Shown here in pieces: positions 9,290 through 19,324 of a DNA stretch of 64,000 nucleotides (position 1 is the stretch's first letter; every line of letters begins with the position of its first letter). The translations under genes were made by a program, and so were the position numbers. A model generated the notes under the pieces. It saw only the letters and a list, made by a program, of their open reading frames with translations, ran no database searches and was not told where the DNA came from. Origin of the DNA: Spirochaetaceae bacterium (lineage in GTDB: Bacteria > Spirochaetota > Spirochaetia > DSM-2461); the NCBI GenBank assembly GCA_965224705.1, contig OZ245056.1, forward strand, positions 2,240,001-2,304,000, in the 5' to 3' direction.

Positions 9290-10372
9290 ATGGTAAAAAC
9301 ATACAGAATAGCCGTATTGCCCGGTGATGGTACAGGCGGTGAAGTTGTCGCCGAGGGAAAAAAAGTGCTGGATGCAGCAGCCGCAAAGTTCGGATTTAAA
9401 CTGGAGATGACGGAATTTGATTTTGGCGGTGATCGTTATTTGAGAACCGGAGAGGTTTTGCCCGATACGGCTGTCAATGATCTTAAGCAGTTTGATTCCA
9501 TCTATCTTGGAGCTATTGGTCATCCCGATGTGAAGCCGGGAATTCTGGAGAAGGGCATTCTTCTGCGGCTGCGTTTTGAACTGGATCAATACATCAATCT
9601 GAGGCCGGTGAAGCTTTATCCGGGAGTGGATACGCCATTGAAGGATAAGGGGCCTGAGCATATTGATTACGTTGTGGTTCGTGAAAATTCCGGTGGAATC
9701 TACACTGGAACCGGCGGAATCTCCATGAAAGGTACGGATCAGGAAGTGGCTGTGCAGAGCATGGTTTACAATCGCTTTCAGGTTGAACGCTGCCTGAGAT
9801 ATGCCTTTGACTACACGAAAAGACATGGGAAAAAGGCTTCGGGTAAGGGCAGGGAAAATAGTCTTGGTCTGGTTGGAAAAACAAATGTTCTCACCTATGT
9901 TTTTGATCTTTGGGAGCGGGTCTTTAATGAAATTGGCGAGACTGACTTTGCAGATATACGCCGGGACTACTATCATGTTGATGCGGCCTGCATGTGGATG
10001 GTAAAGAGTCCGGAATGGTTTGATGTTCTGGTTACAGGCAACATGTTTGGAGACATTATCACCGATCTGGGGGCCATTACCCAGGGAGGCATGGGCATTG
10101 CCGCCGGGGGAAACATAAACCCTGAGGGTGTTTCCATGTTTGAACCCATTGGCGGTTCAGCTCCCAAGTATACCGGTAAGGGTATCATCAATCCACTGGC
10201 TTCCATCGCTGCGGGTGCCATGATGCTGGATACTTTGGGCGAGTATAAGGCTGCCGAATCCGTAGAAAATGCTGTTATGCAGATCACCGGAACGAAAATC
10301 AAAAGCCTGTCTGCCGGTCAAATGGGATATTCAACAAGTGAAGTGGGAGATCTGGTCGCTTCGGCTCTTTGA
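9290..10372 (+). CDS. leuB: 3-isopropylmalate dehydrogenase
   Basis: IAVLPGDGTGGEV, LRFELDQYINLRP, VRENSGG, NMFGDIITD and FEPIGGSAP motifs; ATG after GAGGAAG. Confidence 0.85.
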   Translation: MVKTYRIAVLPGDGTGGEVVAEGKKVLDAAAAKFGFKLEMTEFDFGGDRYLRTGEVLPDTAVNDLKQFDSIYLGAIGHPDVKPGILEKGILLRLRFELDQYINLRPVKLYPGVDTPLKDKGPEHIDYVVVRENSGGIYTGTGGISMKGTDQEVAVQSMVYNRFQVERCLRYAFDYTKRHGKKASGKGRENSLGLVGKTNVLTYVFDLWERVFNEIGETDFADIRRDYYHVDAACMWMVKSPEWFDVLVTGNMFGDIITDLGAITQGGMGIAAGGNINPEGVSMFEPIGGSAPKYTGKGIINPLASIAAGAMMLDTLGEYKAAESVENAVMQITGTKIKSLSAGQMGYSTSEVGDLVASAL

Positions 10373-11007
10373 GGTGGTACATATTGCACTACTTATACTT
10401 TATACGGCATGCTGAGAGTGTGGCGAACCAGCACCGCCTTCTTGGCAGCCGTGTGGATTACCCTCTAACCGAGGCTGGCCTCAAGGATGCCTTGCGGATA
10501 GCTGAAGAATTGAAAGAGATAACCCACCTGGATGGCATTGTCACTTCTCCGGTACTTCGTGCCCGTCAGACAACCGATGCTTTTTCCGAAGTGTTCAACA
10601 TTGTTCCGATTGTGGATGACAATCTTGCTGAGCAGGAACTTGGACCTTTCTCCTGCAAGTCCTATGATGAAGTGAAGAACATGGACGGCTATGAGAATGA
10701 CACCCTGGCCCGATGGGATTGGAATCCCGGGGGAGGCGGCGAATCGTATTCCATGGTGGCCGACAGAGTTATTGAGTTTTTTAAGTCCGTAGAGAGCTTC
10801 CCTCTTGAGTCTACCTGGCTCATTGTTACCCATGCGGTAGTTTTCCGGCTCATTCGTGCAGCTCTTGAAAACACATTGCCTGTATACTCTGAGAAATTTC
10901 CAAATAATGGAGAAATATGGCGGGTCGCCTGTCAGGGATTGGGAGTGCGGCACGATATAAGAGCTATATTTCTTGGCGAGAGTCGGAAGTTTATTCATCT
11001 TCCCTGA
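10369..11007 (+). CDS. histidine phosphatase (phosphoglycerate mutase-like) family protein
   Basis: FIRHAES, SPVLRARQT, GGESY and IVTHA motifs; exact start uncertain. Confidence 0.85.
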   Translation: MRWYILHYLYFIRHAESVANQHRLLGSRVDYPLTEAGLKDALRIAEELKEITHLDGIVTSPVLRARQTTDAFSEVFNIVPIVDDNLAEQELGPFSCKSYDEVKNMDGYENDTLARWDWNPGGGGESYSMVADRVIEFFKSVESFPLESTWLIVTHAVVFRLIRAALENTLPVYSEKFPNNGEIWRVACQGLGVRHDIRAIFLGESRKFIHLP

Positions 11008-11035
11008 CAGAACGGCTATATTGGAGGAAAATGTA

Positions 11036-11572
11036 TTGAAGAAGAAATTGTTTTTGACACTGGATCCAGCTATACAGGCCCACCTGGCATCCATGCGTGA
11101 GAATCTGGGTTTGTCTTCCAGTGATGAAACCATGGAAATTCTTGCCTCCGGCTGGCTTGAAAAGGAAAGAGCCTTCCTTGAAGAGTCAGTGGGATTGGGC
11201 ATGGAAAGTGTTGATGAATGCAGTAACCCTGCCTGTGGTTTTCTCGCTCTTACATGGTCGGGATCTCTGGTGGCCGTTGGGCCTGAAAACAAAAATAAGC
11301 GGCGGGCGGTTTACGTCAGCATTGATCGACGTCAGAATGTCCCCCGCCAGGCAGAATCCGACAATGCCAGGATTGTGAGTACCGTTGCGGTGGGCCATGA
11401 GATTGTATTCTCCACCGGTCCTGTTAGGCAAACCTCAGCGATCTACAAACTGGCTGTTTTACCGCCTGAATTGAATGTAGGGAGACAGAATAAGATTCTC
11501 GATGAAGCAACTGTAACACTGGTTGAAGAATTTCAGGCTGTTGATGATTCAAATGGGGCCGATATTGCCTGA
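11036..11572 (+). CDS. hypothetical protein
   Basis: Long ORF inside the operon; GGAGG RBS before TTG at 11036. Confidence 0.65.
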   Translation: MKKKLFLTLDPAIQAHLASMRENLGLSSSDETMEILASGWLEKERAFLEESVGLGMESVDECSNPACGFLALTWSGSLVAVGPENKNKRRAVYVSIDRRQNVPRQAESDNARIVSTVAVGHEIVFSTGPVRQTSAIYKLAVLPPELNVGRQNKILDEATVTLVEEFQAVDDSNGADIA

Positions 11573-12584
11573 TTACGATGCCGAAAGTCTCTGGCGTGTG
11601 CTGCATAGACTTCATTACGGACAATCCCTTCCTGACAGGGGTGATTTATCCGTAATTCTTGAAACAGCTATAGAGACCCTGGCCAGTGAAAATCCTCTCA
11701 TTCGTCCCCGTGACTCTCATAATCGTCCGGGAGGACTGGTTCTTCTTCCCCATGACCGAACAACCATCATCGTGCCGGATCTCCATGCCAGAACGGGATT
11801 CATAATGACTCTGATGGATATGGAATTTAATGGACACCGTGTTATTGATTCCCTGTTTGCCCAGCGGCTGCAGATTGTCTGTGTCGGTGATGGGCTTCAC
11901 AGTGAGGCACGGGGTGCAGATCGATGGTATCGGGCCTTGCTGGAATATGAAACTGGTTTCCGGCAGCATGGGGCTATGGATGAAGAAATGAAGGAGGGTC
12001 TTTCTCTCATGGCTATGATTATGCTGCTGAAAACAGCCGTTCCCGACAGTTTTCATTTTCTCAAGGGAAACCATGAGAATGTGGCAAATTCCAACGAGGC
12101 AGGTAATCTGTCATTCTACAAGTTCGCTATGGAGGGGCAGATGGTGCGTGACTGGTTTTCAATGTTTATGGGATGGGACATGCTGATGAAATGGGCAGAT
12201 TTTGAATCATCCCTGCCCCTGTTGGCCGTGGGTGACCGTTTTATGATTTCCCACGCCGAGCCCCGGCATCCTTACAACCGCAGGGAAGTAATTGAATACA
12301 AAGGAAATCATCAGCTTATACTGGATTTTACCTGGACGGGGAATAATGAGGCCGAAGAAGGTTCTGTCGAGTCCATGCTGACCATGTATCTTGACGGGGA
12401 GTTGGAGGGAAGTCTTTATTTTGGAGGACATCGGCCAGTCTCCGGGTTGTACGGGCTCCGAGCCAATGGGTATTATGTTCAGATTCACAATCCTGATCAC
12501 TATGCTGTTGCAATCCTGGAGAGTGGAAGAACACCTTTACCTCAAAGAGATGTTATTCAGATAACAGGGAAGGACCATGGGTGA
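11553..12584 (+). CDS. calcineurin-like metallophosphoesterase
   Basis: PDLHAR, VGDGLH, KGNHE, ISHA and GGHRP metal-binding motifs; start uncertain. Confidence 0.85.
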   Translation: MGPILPDYDAESLWRVLHRLHYGQSLPDRGDLSVILETAIETLASENPLIRPRDSHNRPGGLVLLPHDRTTIIVPDLHARTGFIMTLMDMEFNGHRVIDSLFAQRLQIVCVGDGLHSEARGADRWYRALLEYETGFRQHGAMDEEMKEGLSLMAMIMLLKTAVPDSFHFLKGNHENVANSNEAGNLSFYKFAMEGQMVRDWFSMFMGWDMLMKWADFESSLPLLAVGDRFMISHAEPRHPYNRREVIEYKGNHQLILDFTWTGNNEAEEGSVESMLTMYLDGELEGSLYFGGHRPVSGLYGLRANGYYVQIHNPDHYAVAILESGRTPLPQRDVIQITGKDHG

Positions 12585-13017
12585 ACGCGGAGAAATCTTC
12601 AGTAACCGGGTGTATGTTGATGAAGGTCAGAAAACCTATTTCTTTAATATCAAGGAAAATCGTTTTGGTGATGTTTACCTCAATATCGTTGAGAGCCGTA
12701 AAACTGAGAGAGGATTTCGACGGTCATCCATCGTAATTTTCAAGGAAGATCTTGATAGTTTCATCATCAGACTGGATAGAACAGTTGCTGATATTCGTCA
12801 GCATCGAAATAGTAGCGGCCAGACTCTTATTGTTGGAAAGGGCCGCAGGGAGTACAGAATGAGCCTGGACAGGCGAAGAAAACCAGCACTTCGGATATCC
12901 GAGGAGAGGCAGGACCCGACAAATCCTCACAGGGAATCGGTGATTATTTCATTGGATGTTCTGGATGTTTTTATGGGTGGTTTCAGAAAGTCACTGAGGT
13001 ATATTCAGCCCGCTTGA
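12577..13017 (+). CDS. PUR-family (BpuR/DUF3276-like) nucleic-acid-binding protein with a second degenerate PUR repeat
   Basis: The N-terminus MGERGEIFS...KTYFFNIKENRFGDVYLNIVESRK...SIVIFKEDL closely resembles Borrelia BpuR. Confidence 0.85.
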   Translation: MGERGEIFSNRVYVDEGQKTYFFNIKENRFGDVYLNIVESRKTERGFRRSSIVIFKEDLDSFIIRLDRTVADIRQHRNSSGQTLIVGKGRREYRMSLDRRRKPALRISEERQDPTNPHRESVIISLDVLDVFMGGFRKSLRYIQPA

Positions 13018-13171
13018 GGCGACCGCCAGGGTATTGGAGTTAGCGTCATCAGATTTCAGGTAGTGATGCTTTTAGTCCATTCCCAGTGTCAGAAAGCTTG
13101 TTAATGCGGCAAGAACCCCTGTCAGGCTCGTTATAACATAGTAAGAAAACAATTTATAAAGGAGTTTGACC

Positions 13172-13846
13172 ATGCCATTCCCTCACTGCCCAACCCGAAA
13201 TGTATCCATTTCAGTGCCCCAGAGCAAAAAAACTGGTTTCCGGTACACAGTTCCTACCACACAGAAAAAACGGGTCATGACATCTTCAAGGTCAGCCAGA
13301 ACCATGGATAATCCGATGCTTCCTATTAACTACATTGACCGTCAGATCAGGAAGATATTTCAGATCATGTCAGGGAGGCGGTCAAGTTTGCCGAATCTCC
13401 CGCTGCAATGATGATTCGATTTGTTCCTTATCGTCACTACCACAACTGCATGATTCCATGGCGGGTGAAGGAGGTCAGGAGCCTGTTGGACTTACGCCTC
13501 ACGGCTCGATTTTTGCCCTTTTTCCCTGTTGCTGCGTTGCCAAAATACTCACGTAGCCCAGCTACGCTCCGTTTTTGTCGCCTTGCATCAGGAAAAAATC
13601 ATCAAAAATCGCCTCGAAGTCTTAAAGTCCAACAGACTCCCCCGAAAGAAGAAGAACACAACTCATGCTGAGAAGGCCGGGATCACCAGGAAGAAACTTC
13701 GCAAGGCAGTAGGCAGGTACTGGTTGAAGAGGGCCTTTTTGAGCAGGGTCAATCCGGGTGCGGCAGAGAAGAAAACCTGGCTGTGTGAGTGGCGTAATTT
13801 GGGAGTGGAATCTGACCGTTCTGACCCGTTGTATGTGAAGGTTTAG
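13172..13846 (+). pseudogene. fragmented IS1-like transposase
   Basis: Allowing frameshifts it reads MPFPHCPNPKC (Zn ribbon)...NPMLPINYIDRQIRKDISDHVREAVKFA...YRHYHN..PWR-[MITE]-THAEKAGI...; internally deleted and interrupted. Confidence 0.6.
13479..13639 (-). mobile_element. MITE family A, full-length 161 bp
   Basis: The reverse complement is colinear with 56794-56954; TIRs GAGCCTGTTGGACTT and AAGTCCAACAGACTC. Confidence 0.9.
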
Positions 13847-13925
13847 GAGGAGATTGGACTCCCGGGATGGGTTGAAGGGGGTTTTACAGGCTTTCTGACA
13901 CAGGGTATTCTTCTCATGACCTGGT

Positions 13926-15668
13926 CTACATTGATTCTACATATGGTATGTTTAAAAGTTGGAAACCACTCTTTAATGTAGTAAGGACGGCCCGAGCCAA
14001 CGACATTCGTGAAGCTGCCAGCAGCTTGTCTTCTGCCCTGGCTATGGGAACTTCATGGTAGTAATGGCTGAAATCCCGGGCAATCTGATAGAGTCCGGCG
14101 GTCAATATGGAGGGGTCCAGTTTTTCTGCTGCCCTGGCCACGAGATCGGGGTATTCACCGATTCGCCGAAATATAGTCCATTCATCGTCCCGGGTTAACA
14201 GAGAAGAATCAGTTTCGATATCTCCGATATTATTCGAAAATCTTGAGATAAGACTTGCAATTCTTGCCACTACATACTGCAGATAGGGACCCGTATTCCC
14301 GGTGAAAGCAAGAGATTCCCTGGGATTGAATACCATATCCTTTGCCGGACTTATCTGGAGAAGATAGTAATGGAGGGCTGCAATTGCTATCTTTTCAGCT
14401 GTTTCTCCAGTATCTTCCATCCCCTGTTCCCGACCCTTTTCTTTTATTTCTTCCAGGGCGAGGGAAGCAAGATTGTCAATGAGATCATCAGCATCCACAA
14501 TGGTTCCTTCACGAGATTTCATTTTGCCCTCTGGTAGAAACACCATTCCATAGGAAAGGTGACGGAGTAGTGAGGCCCATGGATAACCAAGTTTTTTCAA
14601 GGCATAAAAAAGAACCTGGAAATGGTACTCCTGCTCATTTCCTACAACATAGATGAGCTGATCAAAGGGCCATTCTTCATGACGGCTGACAGCGGTACCA
14701 AGATCCTGAGTCATGTATACGGAAGTACCATCCGGGCGTAGAAGAACCTTCATCCCCAGCCCTGCTTCATCCAGATTCAACCGTACAGAATTATCTGAAT
14801 GCCTGTAGAACACGCCACTTTTCAAACCTTTCTCTATCTCTTTTTTTCCTGAAAGATATGTTTCACTTTCCTGGTACCACCTGTCAAAGTGCACCCCTGT
14901 CCGCTTGTAAGTTATATTGATTCCATCCAGAGCCCATTTGTTCATAGTTTCCCAGAGTTTGCGTACTTCCGGATCACCTGATTCCCAGGCGAATAACATG
15001 TTTTGAACCTGTTGTTCTGCATTTTCATCCATAGCGGCCCATTGAGCATATTTCGTGTAGTATTTTCCAACGAAATGATCACTTTTCATGCCACAGGTCT
15101 CTGGTGTTTGACCCGCACCGAATTTCTTATAGGCAAGCATGGATTTGCATATATGTGTCCCTCTGTTATTTACCAGGTTCACTTTTAAAACCTCAGCTCC
15201 CCTGGCAGCCAGGATGCGGGCACAACTCAGACCAAGAATATCGTTTCTCAAGTGACCAAGATGGAGAGGTTTATTAGTGTTTGGGCTGGAGAACTCAATC
15301 ATCACTTTACGACCGGCCAATTCCTGTCCGGCACCCCAGGTGTCACCGGCTTCTTTGATTTTGTTGAGAACCTCTTTGATGACGGCTGTCCGGTCAATGC
15401 GTACATTGAGGTAGGGACCAAGAGCATTTACTCCTGCGTCGATTCCCCCAAGCCTTTCGGAAACCATGTTTGCCAGGATTTGTGGTGATCGCTTTAAGAT
15501 TCCAGCACACGGAAACATTGGGTAGGATATATCACCCATTTCACTCTTTGGGGGTTTCCCTGCAACTAATACACCGGTAATACTGGCTGGATTTTCTTGT
15601 TCTTCCAAAGCCAGTTGTTCCAATACGCCCTGCACTTTTCCTGTCCATTGTTCGATAATCTCTTTCAT
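13926..15668 (-). CDS. argS: arginine--tRNA ligase
   Basis: EFSSPNTNKPLHLGHLRN, KMKSREG and GNTGPYLQY motifs; start taken at MKEIIEQ. Confidence 0.95.
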   Translation of the reverse strand: MKEIIEQWTGKVQGVLEQLALEEQENPASITGVLVAGKPPKSEMGDISYPMFPCAGILKRSPQILANMVSERLGGIDAGVNALGPYLNVRIDRTAVIKEVLNKIKEAGDTWGAGQELAGRKVMIEFSSPNTNKPLHLGHLRNDILGLSCARILAARGAEVLKVNLVNNRGTHICKSMLAYKKFGAGQTPETCGMKSDHFVGKYYTKYAQWAAMDENAEQQVQNMLFAWESGDPEVRKLWETMNKWALDGINITYKRTGVHFDRWYQESETYLSGKKEIEKGLKSGVFYRHSDNSVRLNLDEAGLGMKVLLRPDGTSVYMTQDLGTAVSRHEEWPFDQLIYVVGNEQEYHFQVLFYALKKLGYPWASLLRHLSYGMVFLPEGKMKSREGTIVDADDLIDNLASLALEEIKEKGREQGMEDTGETAEKIAIAALHYYLLQISPAKDMVFNPRESLAFTGNTGPYLQYVVARIASLISRFSNNIGDIETDSSLLTRDDEWTIFRRIGEYPDLVARAAEKLDPSILTAGLYQIARDFSHYYHEVPIARAEDKLLAASRMSLARAVLTTLKSGFQLLNIPYVESM

Positions 15669-15879
15669 CAATGGTATTGAATCACGTGGGCAGGGAGGGG
15701 TCAAGGATGCAATCGTCTCATTGATTGAACTGGCAGGGACGGGAAGGAGATTATCGATTCAGAATTCTCTTGATTCTTCCAGGTTGAGCCCGATTCATTG
15801 TCCCTGTCATTTTCAATGAGAGAAGGTAGTTTAGCATTTTTATGAATTCCACACAAAATCCTGAAAATCCAGTTTTTTA

Positions 15880-16103
15880 CGGTGTCAGGAAGCTTGTAAT
15901 AGCCTGGTTTCATTTAAATCCTGTTAGAGGAGGATCCTTCCCAATATAGTAGTTCAATACTCATTGACAGTTGTGATCCAGCGAATTATTCATCAGGAAT
16001 GATGAGAAGTCTCTCCGGCAAGATGTTTTGTAAATGCTGTTCTATAGGATATTAATTCTTTTAATGGAAGCGATTATTTCATTCAACAGGCTTCCTGACA
16101 CTG
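15880..16103. mobile_element. MITE family B, ~224 bp
   Basis: TIRs CGGTGTCAGGAAGCTTGT and ACAGGCTTCCTGACACTG; alignable over its whole length with 24863-25084. Confidence 0.8.
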
Positions 16104-16150
16104 TACAAATCATTCACTCTATGTCAGTAAAGGGTCTTCCACTGAGTGCG

Positions 16151-16657
16151 TCAATACAAACGCGGCATGTAGAACAAAGGTACAGGTTCAACTCCTGCAT
16201 CCATCATATAGTTCTCTGAAAGACCACTCACGAATTTTTCAAAAGGGTAACTATACAGCACACCGCCTCTTTCAGAAATGTATCCTTTGGGAGTTGAATA
16301 ATCAAATTCACCAAGGAAAACAATATCTCCTGGTTTTACTTCAATGATGGTGAGTAATTCGACAGGGACGGGTACTGTATGTTTCTCACTGGTGTTTTTT
16401 GTTCCATCAATATAGACTGCTGCCCAGCGGCCCGGAGGAAGTTCAACAATACTTGGAATATCCATCATGCGAAATATCCGTTCAACTTTTTTCCTTGTAT
16501 CAAGATTGACGAATTTTATTCGATGATTAAAAACCTGAAAATATCCACCAATGTAGGATTTCTCATTCGATAATGCAGTATCCTGGGGGATATTGCTTAC
16601 ACATCCGATCAATAGAACTGCAGCGTACATAATCAAGCGATGAAGAAGTTTATTCAT
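16151..16657 (-). CDS. hypothetical lipoprotein
   Basis: Signal with lipobox VLLIGC; AT-rich; overlaps the upstream gene. Confidence 0.7.
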   Translation of the reverse strand: MNKLLHRLIMYAAVLLIGCVSNIPQDTALSNEKSYIGGYFQVFNHRIKFVNLDTRKKVERIFRMMDIPSIVELPPGRWAAVYIDGTKNTSEKHTVPVPVELLTIIEVKPGDIVFLGEFDYSTPKGYISERGGVLYSYPFEKFVSGLSENYMMDAGVEPVPLFYMPRLY

Positions 16658-17051
16658 TTTTACTTCCTAACTCAGTGATGTCAGTTACTTCATTGAGCTC
16701 ATCAAGACTGAAATCAGTCTCGTCAACTCTTTTTATGACGAAATGCCCGGTCAGTAGAAATGTATTCCGTTTTTCATTGTTGATTTCAATGAGATAAGAT
16801 TCAGTCCTCATGTATTCATATCCATCCCTGCGAAGACTCACCATCAGTTCTCCAGGGGGAGCTCGAAAGGTTATGTATTCATCATTATTCAGTACAAACT
16901 TGAGATGTTGATTGACAATCACCTGTAATTTTATTTCTACTCCAAGAATCTGAAATGGTCTGACAAGTAATACATCTACCAGAGGTTCTGCCGCAAATCC
17001 TGTAGAAACTGAAGAAATAATCAACAACAGCATTAAAGCAGTTTTTTTCAT
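16650..17051 (-). CDS. hypothetical exported protein (possibly DUF2846-like)
   Basis: MKKTALMLLLIISSVSTGFA signal peptide after GAGGAG RBS; family assignment tentative. Confidence 0.65.
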   Translation of the reverse strand: MKKTALMLLLIISSVSTGFAAEPLVDVLLVRPFQILGVEIKLQVIVNQHLKFVLNNDEYITFRAPPGELMVSLRRDGYEYMRTESYLIEINNEKRNTFLLTGHFVIKRVDETDFSLDELNEVTDITELGSKNE

Positions 17052-17420
17052 TCTACTCTCCTCAATTCTATACAACCTACTACTATAGGGGTACGTTGAC
17101 ATCTAATGAAGACCTCGAATTGATATTATTTCACATTTTATTGATTTCGATAGACTTCATAGAGATAGTTGAATCCTCCGCCCGAATAGAAATCCCCTGA
17201 GAGTCAATGAATTTCCATCAGCAATGCATTCTCCAGTCAGCAGCCGGGCAGTGCAGAAAACACCTGGGCGCCCATTCCCCGGTGACCCTCTTGCAAAAGA
17301 TGCGTCAATCGCACCATCAATGAATCAGTCGTTTTCATTCATTTCTTGCTCGTTCTTTTCAAGCAGGTCACTTCCTATGAATAATAAGGTGCCCATAAGG
17401 CCATTCGCTTCAGTACTGAA

Positions 17421-17732
17421 CTATGAAATACATTTTGATTGTAGAATTCTGATGAAACAGCGAATTATCTCACGAACATAATCATCGGTTATTCGGTAGA
17501 TCCGCTTGTTTCCTTTGATGGAACACTCCACAATGTTATTCTTTTTGAGGACCGCAAGATGCTGACTGATCACAGGCTGAGACTCATTTAAACATCTCCA
17601 GAGATCTGTAACACAGGCATCCTGTTTCTCGATAAGACACAGTATATTGAACCTCAGAGGGTGCCCACAAACTTTGAGCTTCAGGGAGTACTCATTGGCC
17701 AGAGGATACAAAGAGTGAGTCGTATCAATCAT
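17421..17732 (-). CDS. ArsR/SmtB family transcriptional regulator, Cys-rich
   Basis: KVCGHPLRFNIL and SQPVISQHLAVLK winged-HTH motifs. Confidence 0.85.
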   Translation of the reverse strand: MIDTTHSLYPLANEYSLKLKVCGHPLRFNILCLIEKQDACVTDLWRCLNESQPVISQHLAVLKKNNIVECSIKGNKRIYRITDDYVREIIRCFIRILQSKCIS

Positions 17733-17792
17733 GGGTCCAGTATATCACAGAATTAACGCAAACATCACATGGCAAGCGATCACTTAAACTAT

Positions 17793-18368
17793 TTATTGCA
17801 CAATTCTATCGATGAACCATGCATGCAATTCAGCATTTCCTGCTAACTCCGGATGGAAACTCGCCGCAAGAATATTTCCCTGCCTGATCAGAACTGGTAA
17901 CTCTTCATAAGTTGAAAGGATTTCCACATTCTTTCCTGGAGATCCCCTTACAATTTGTGGTGCGCGAATAAAAACCCCATTGAATACCTTATCATCGATC
18001 TCCAACCCTGCTTCAAAGCTGTCAATCTGCCGTCCGTAAGCATTGCGAACCACCGTAACATCCAGGCCTTTGATTCGGGGCAGGCTGTCCCATTCCACCA
18101 GACGATCTGCCAGCAGAATCATACCCGCACAAGTTCCGAAAACAGGCAATCCGCCTGCTATCAATTCACGAATCGGATCAATGAGTTCCCATCGAACAAG
18201 CATCCTGCTCATGGTGGTACTCTCCCCGCCGGGCAATACCAGTGCATCAATACCGGACAAGTTTCCTGGTTCCCTCACTTCAACTGTTCTGGTATCAAGA
18301 CTGGAAAGAATTTCCATGTGCTTTGAGAAAGCACCCTGCAGGGCCAGGACGCCGATGATCTTTTTCAT
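17793..18368 (-). CDS. pdxT: pyridoxal 5'-phosphate synthase glutaminase subunit
   Basis: GVLALQGA, PGGESTT, GTCAGMI and FHPEL motifs. Confidence 0.95.
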   Translation of the reverse strand: MKKIIGVLALQGAFSKHMEILSSLDTRTVEVREPGNLSGIDALVLPGGESTTMSRMLVRWELIDPIRELIAGGLPVFGTCAGMILLADRLVEWDSLPRIKGLDVTVVRNAYGRQIDSFEAGLEIDDKVFNGVFIRAPQIVRGSPGKNVEILSTYEELPVLIRQGNILAASFHPELAGNAELHAWFIDRIVQ

Positions 18369-18385
18369 TATTATGCCACCCGGGA

Positions 18386-19294
18386 TTACCAGCCGCGCCT
18401 GGCCAATTTCTCCTTATCGGCAAGCTCGTCGCAGCCTATACCCACCATGGGTTCTCCCAATCCCTCTGATATCTGTGCCAGCTTATCTGCATCTTTGTAG
18501 TGAGTAACCGCTTCAACCATGGCCTTCGCCCTTCTGGCAGGATCGCTGGACTTGAATATCCCCGAACCAACGAACACCGATTCAGCACCCAGATGCATCA
18601 TCAGTGCCGCATCGGCTGGTATGGCCAATCCACCAGCAGAAAAGTTGGGAACTGGTAGTTTTCCAATTCCGGCCACTTCTTCAACGAGATCAAAAGGGGC
18701 ATTCAGTTCTCTGGCAGCAGTCATGAGCTGATCATGAGGCATCACGCTGAGAGATCTGATACCATCCATAAGGGTACGCATGTGGCGAACAGCTTCAATG
18801 ACATCACCTGTACCGGCCTCTCCCTTAGTGCGGATCATCGCAGCTCCTTCGCCAATGCGTCTCAGGGCCTCTCCAAGATTGCGGCAGCCACAGACAAAGG
18901 GGACCTTGAAAGCATTCTTGTCCACATGATACTGATCATCTGCCGGAGAAAGAACTTCGCTCTCATCAATGAAGTCAACACCGAGGGATTCAAGGATTCG
19001 GGCTTCCATGAAGTGACCTATACGGCATTTTGCCATTACAGGAATGGAAACTGATTTCTGGATACCATCAATCATTCTGGGATCAGACATCCGTGAAACT
19101 CCACCATCAGCCCTTATATCGGCTGGAACCCGCTCAAGAGCCATCACAGCAGCGGCTCCAGCATCTTCCGCTATTTTCGCGTGATCCGGGGTCACCACAT
19201 CCATAATGACACCGCCTTTGAGCATCTCGGCAAAACCAATTTTTATTTTCCATGTAGAATGCTGCCGATTAGACCAATGCATTTCTTCGCTCAT
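18386..19294 (-). CDS. pdxS: pyridoxal 5'-phosphate synthase lyase subunit
   Basis: [23 protein letters not shown] and [10 protein letters not shown] motifs. Confidence 0.97.
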   Translation of the reverse strand: MSEEMHWSNRQHSTWKIKIGFAEMLKGGVIMDVVTPDHAKIAEDAGAAAVMALERVPADIRADGGVSRMSDPRMIDGIQKSVSIPVMAKCRIGHFMEARILESLGVDFIDESEVLSPADDQYHVDKNAFKVPFVCGCRNLGEALRRIGEGAAMIRTKGEAGTGDVIEAVRHMRTLMDGIRSLSVMPHDQLMTAARELNAPFDLVEEVAGIGKLPVPNFSAGGLAIPADAALMMHLGAESVFVGSGIFKSSDPARRAKAMVEAVTHYKDADKLAQISEGLGEPMVGIGCDELADKEKLARRGW

Positions 19295-19324
19295 TCTTTA
19301 CTCCCGTCATTTATAATGACTTTT

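Larger units (their letters stand above)
13084..13903 (+). mobile_element. decayed IS1-like insertion sequence (family B ends) containing a nested MITE A
   Basis: Inverted ends CAGTGTCAGAAAGCTTGTT and ACAGGCTTTCTGACACAG enclose transposase fragments. Confidence 0.7.

Noticed and set aside
13408..13846. ORFs 13408-13671 and 13529-13846 (also 56606-56884 and 56621-56920) as real genes
   Set aside because: They are chimeric readings through MITE A and transposase fragments.
15701..16219. Small ORFs 15701-15913 and 16034-16219
   Set aside because: Both begin inside MITE B and have no recognisable motifs.
17060..17100. TACCCCTATAG resembling a CsoR-type operator
   Set aside because: Only a half match and no copper-related gene is adjacent.
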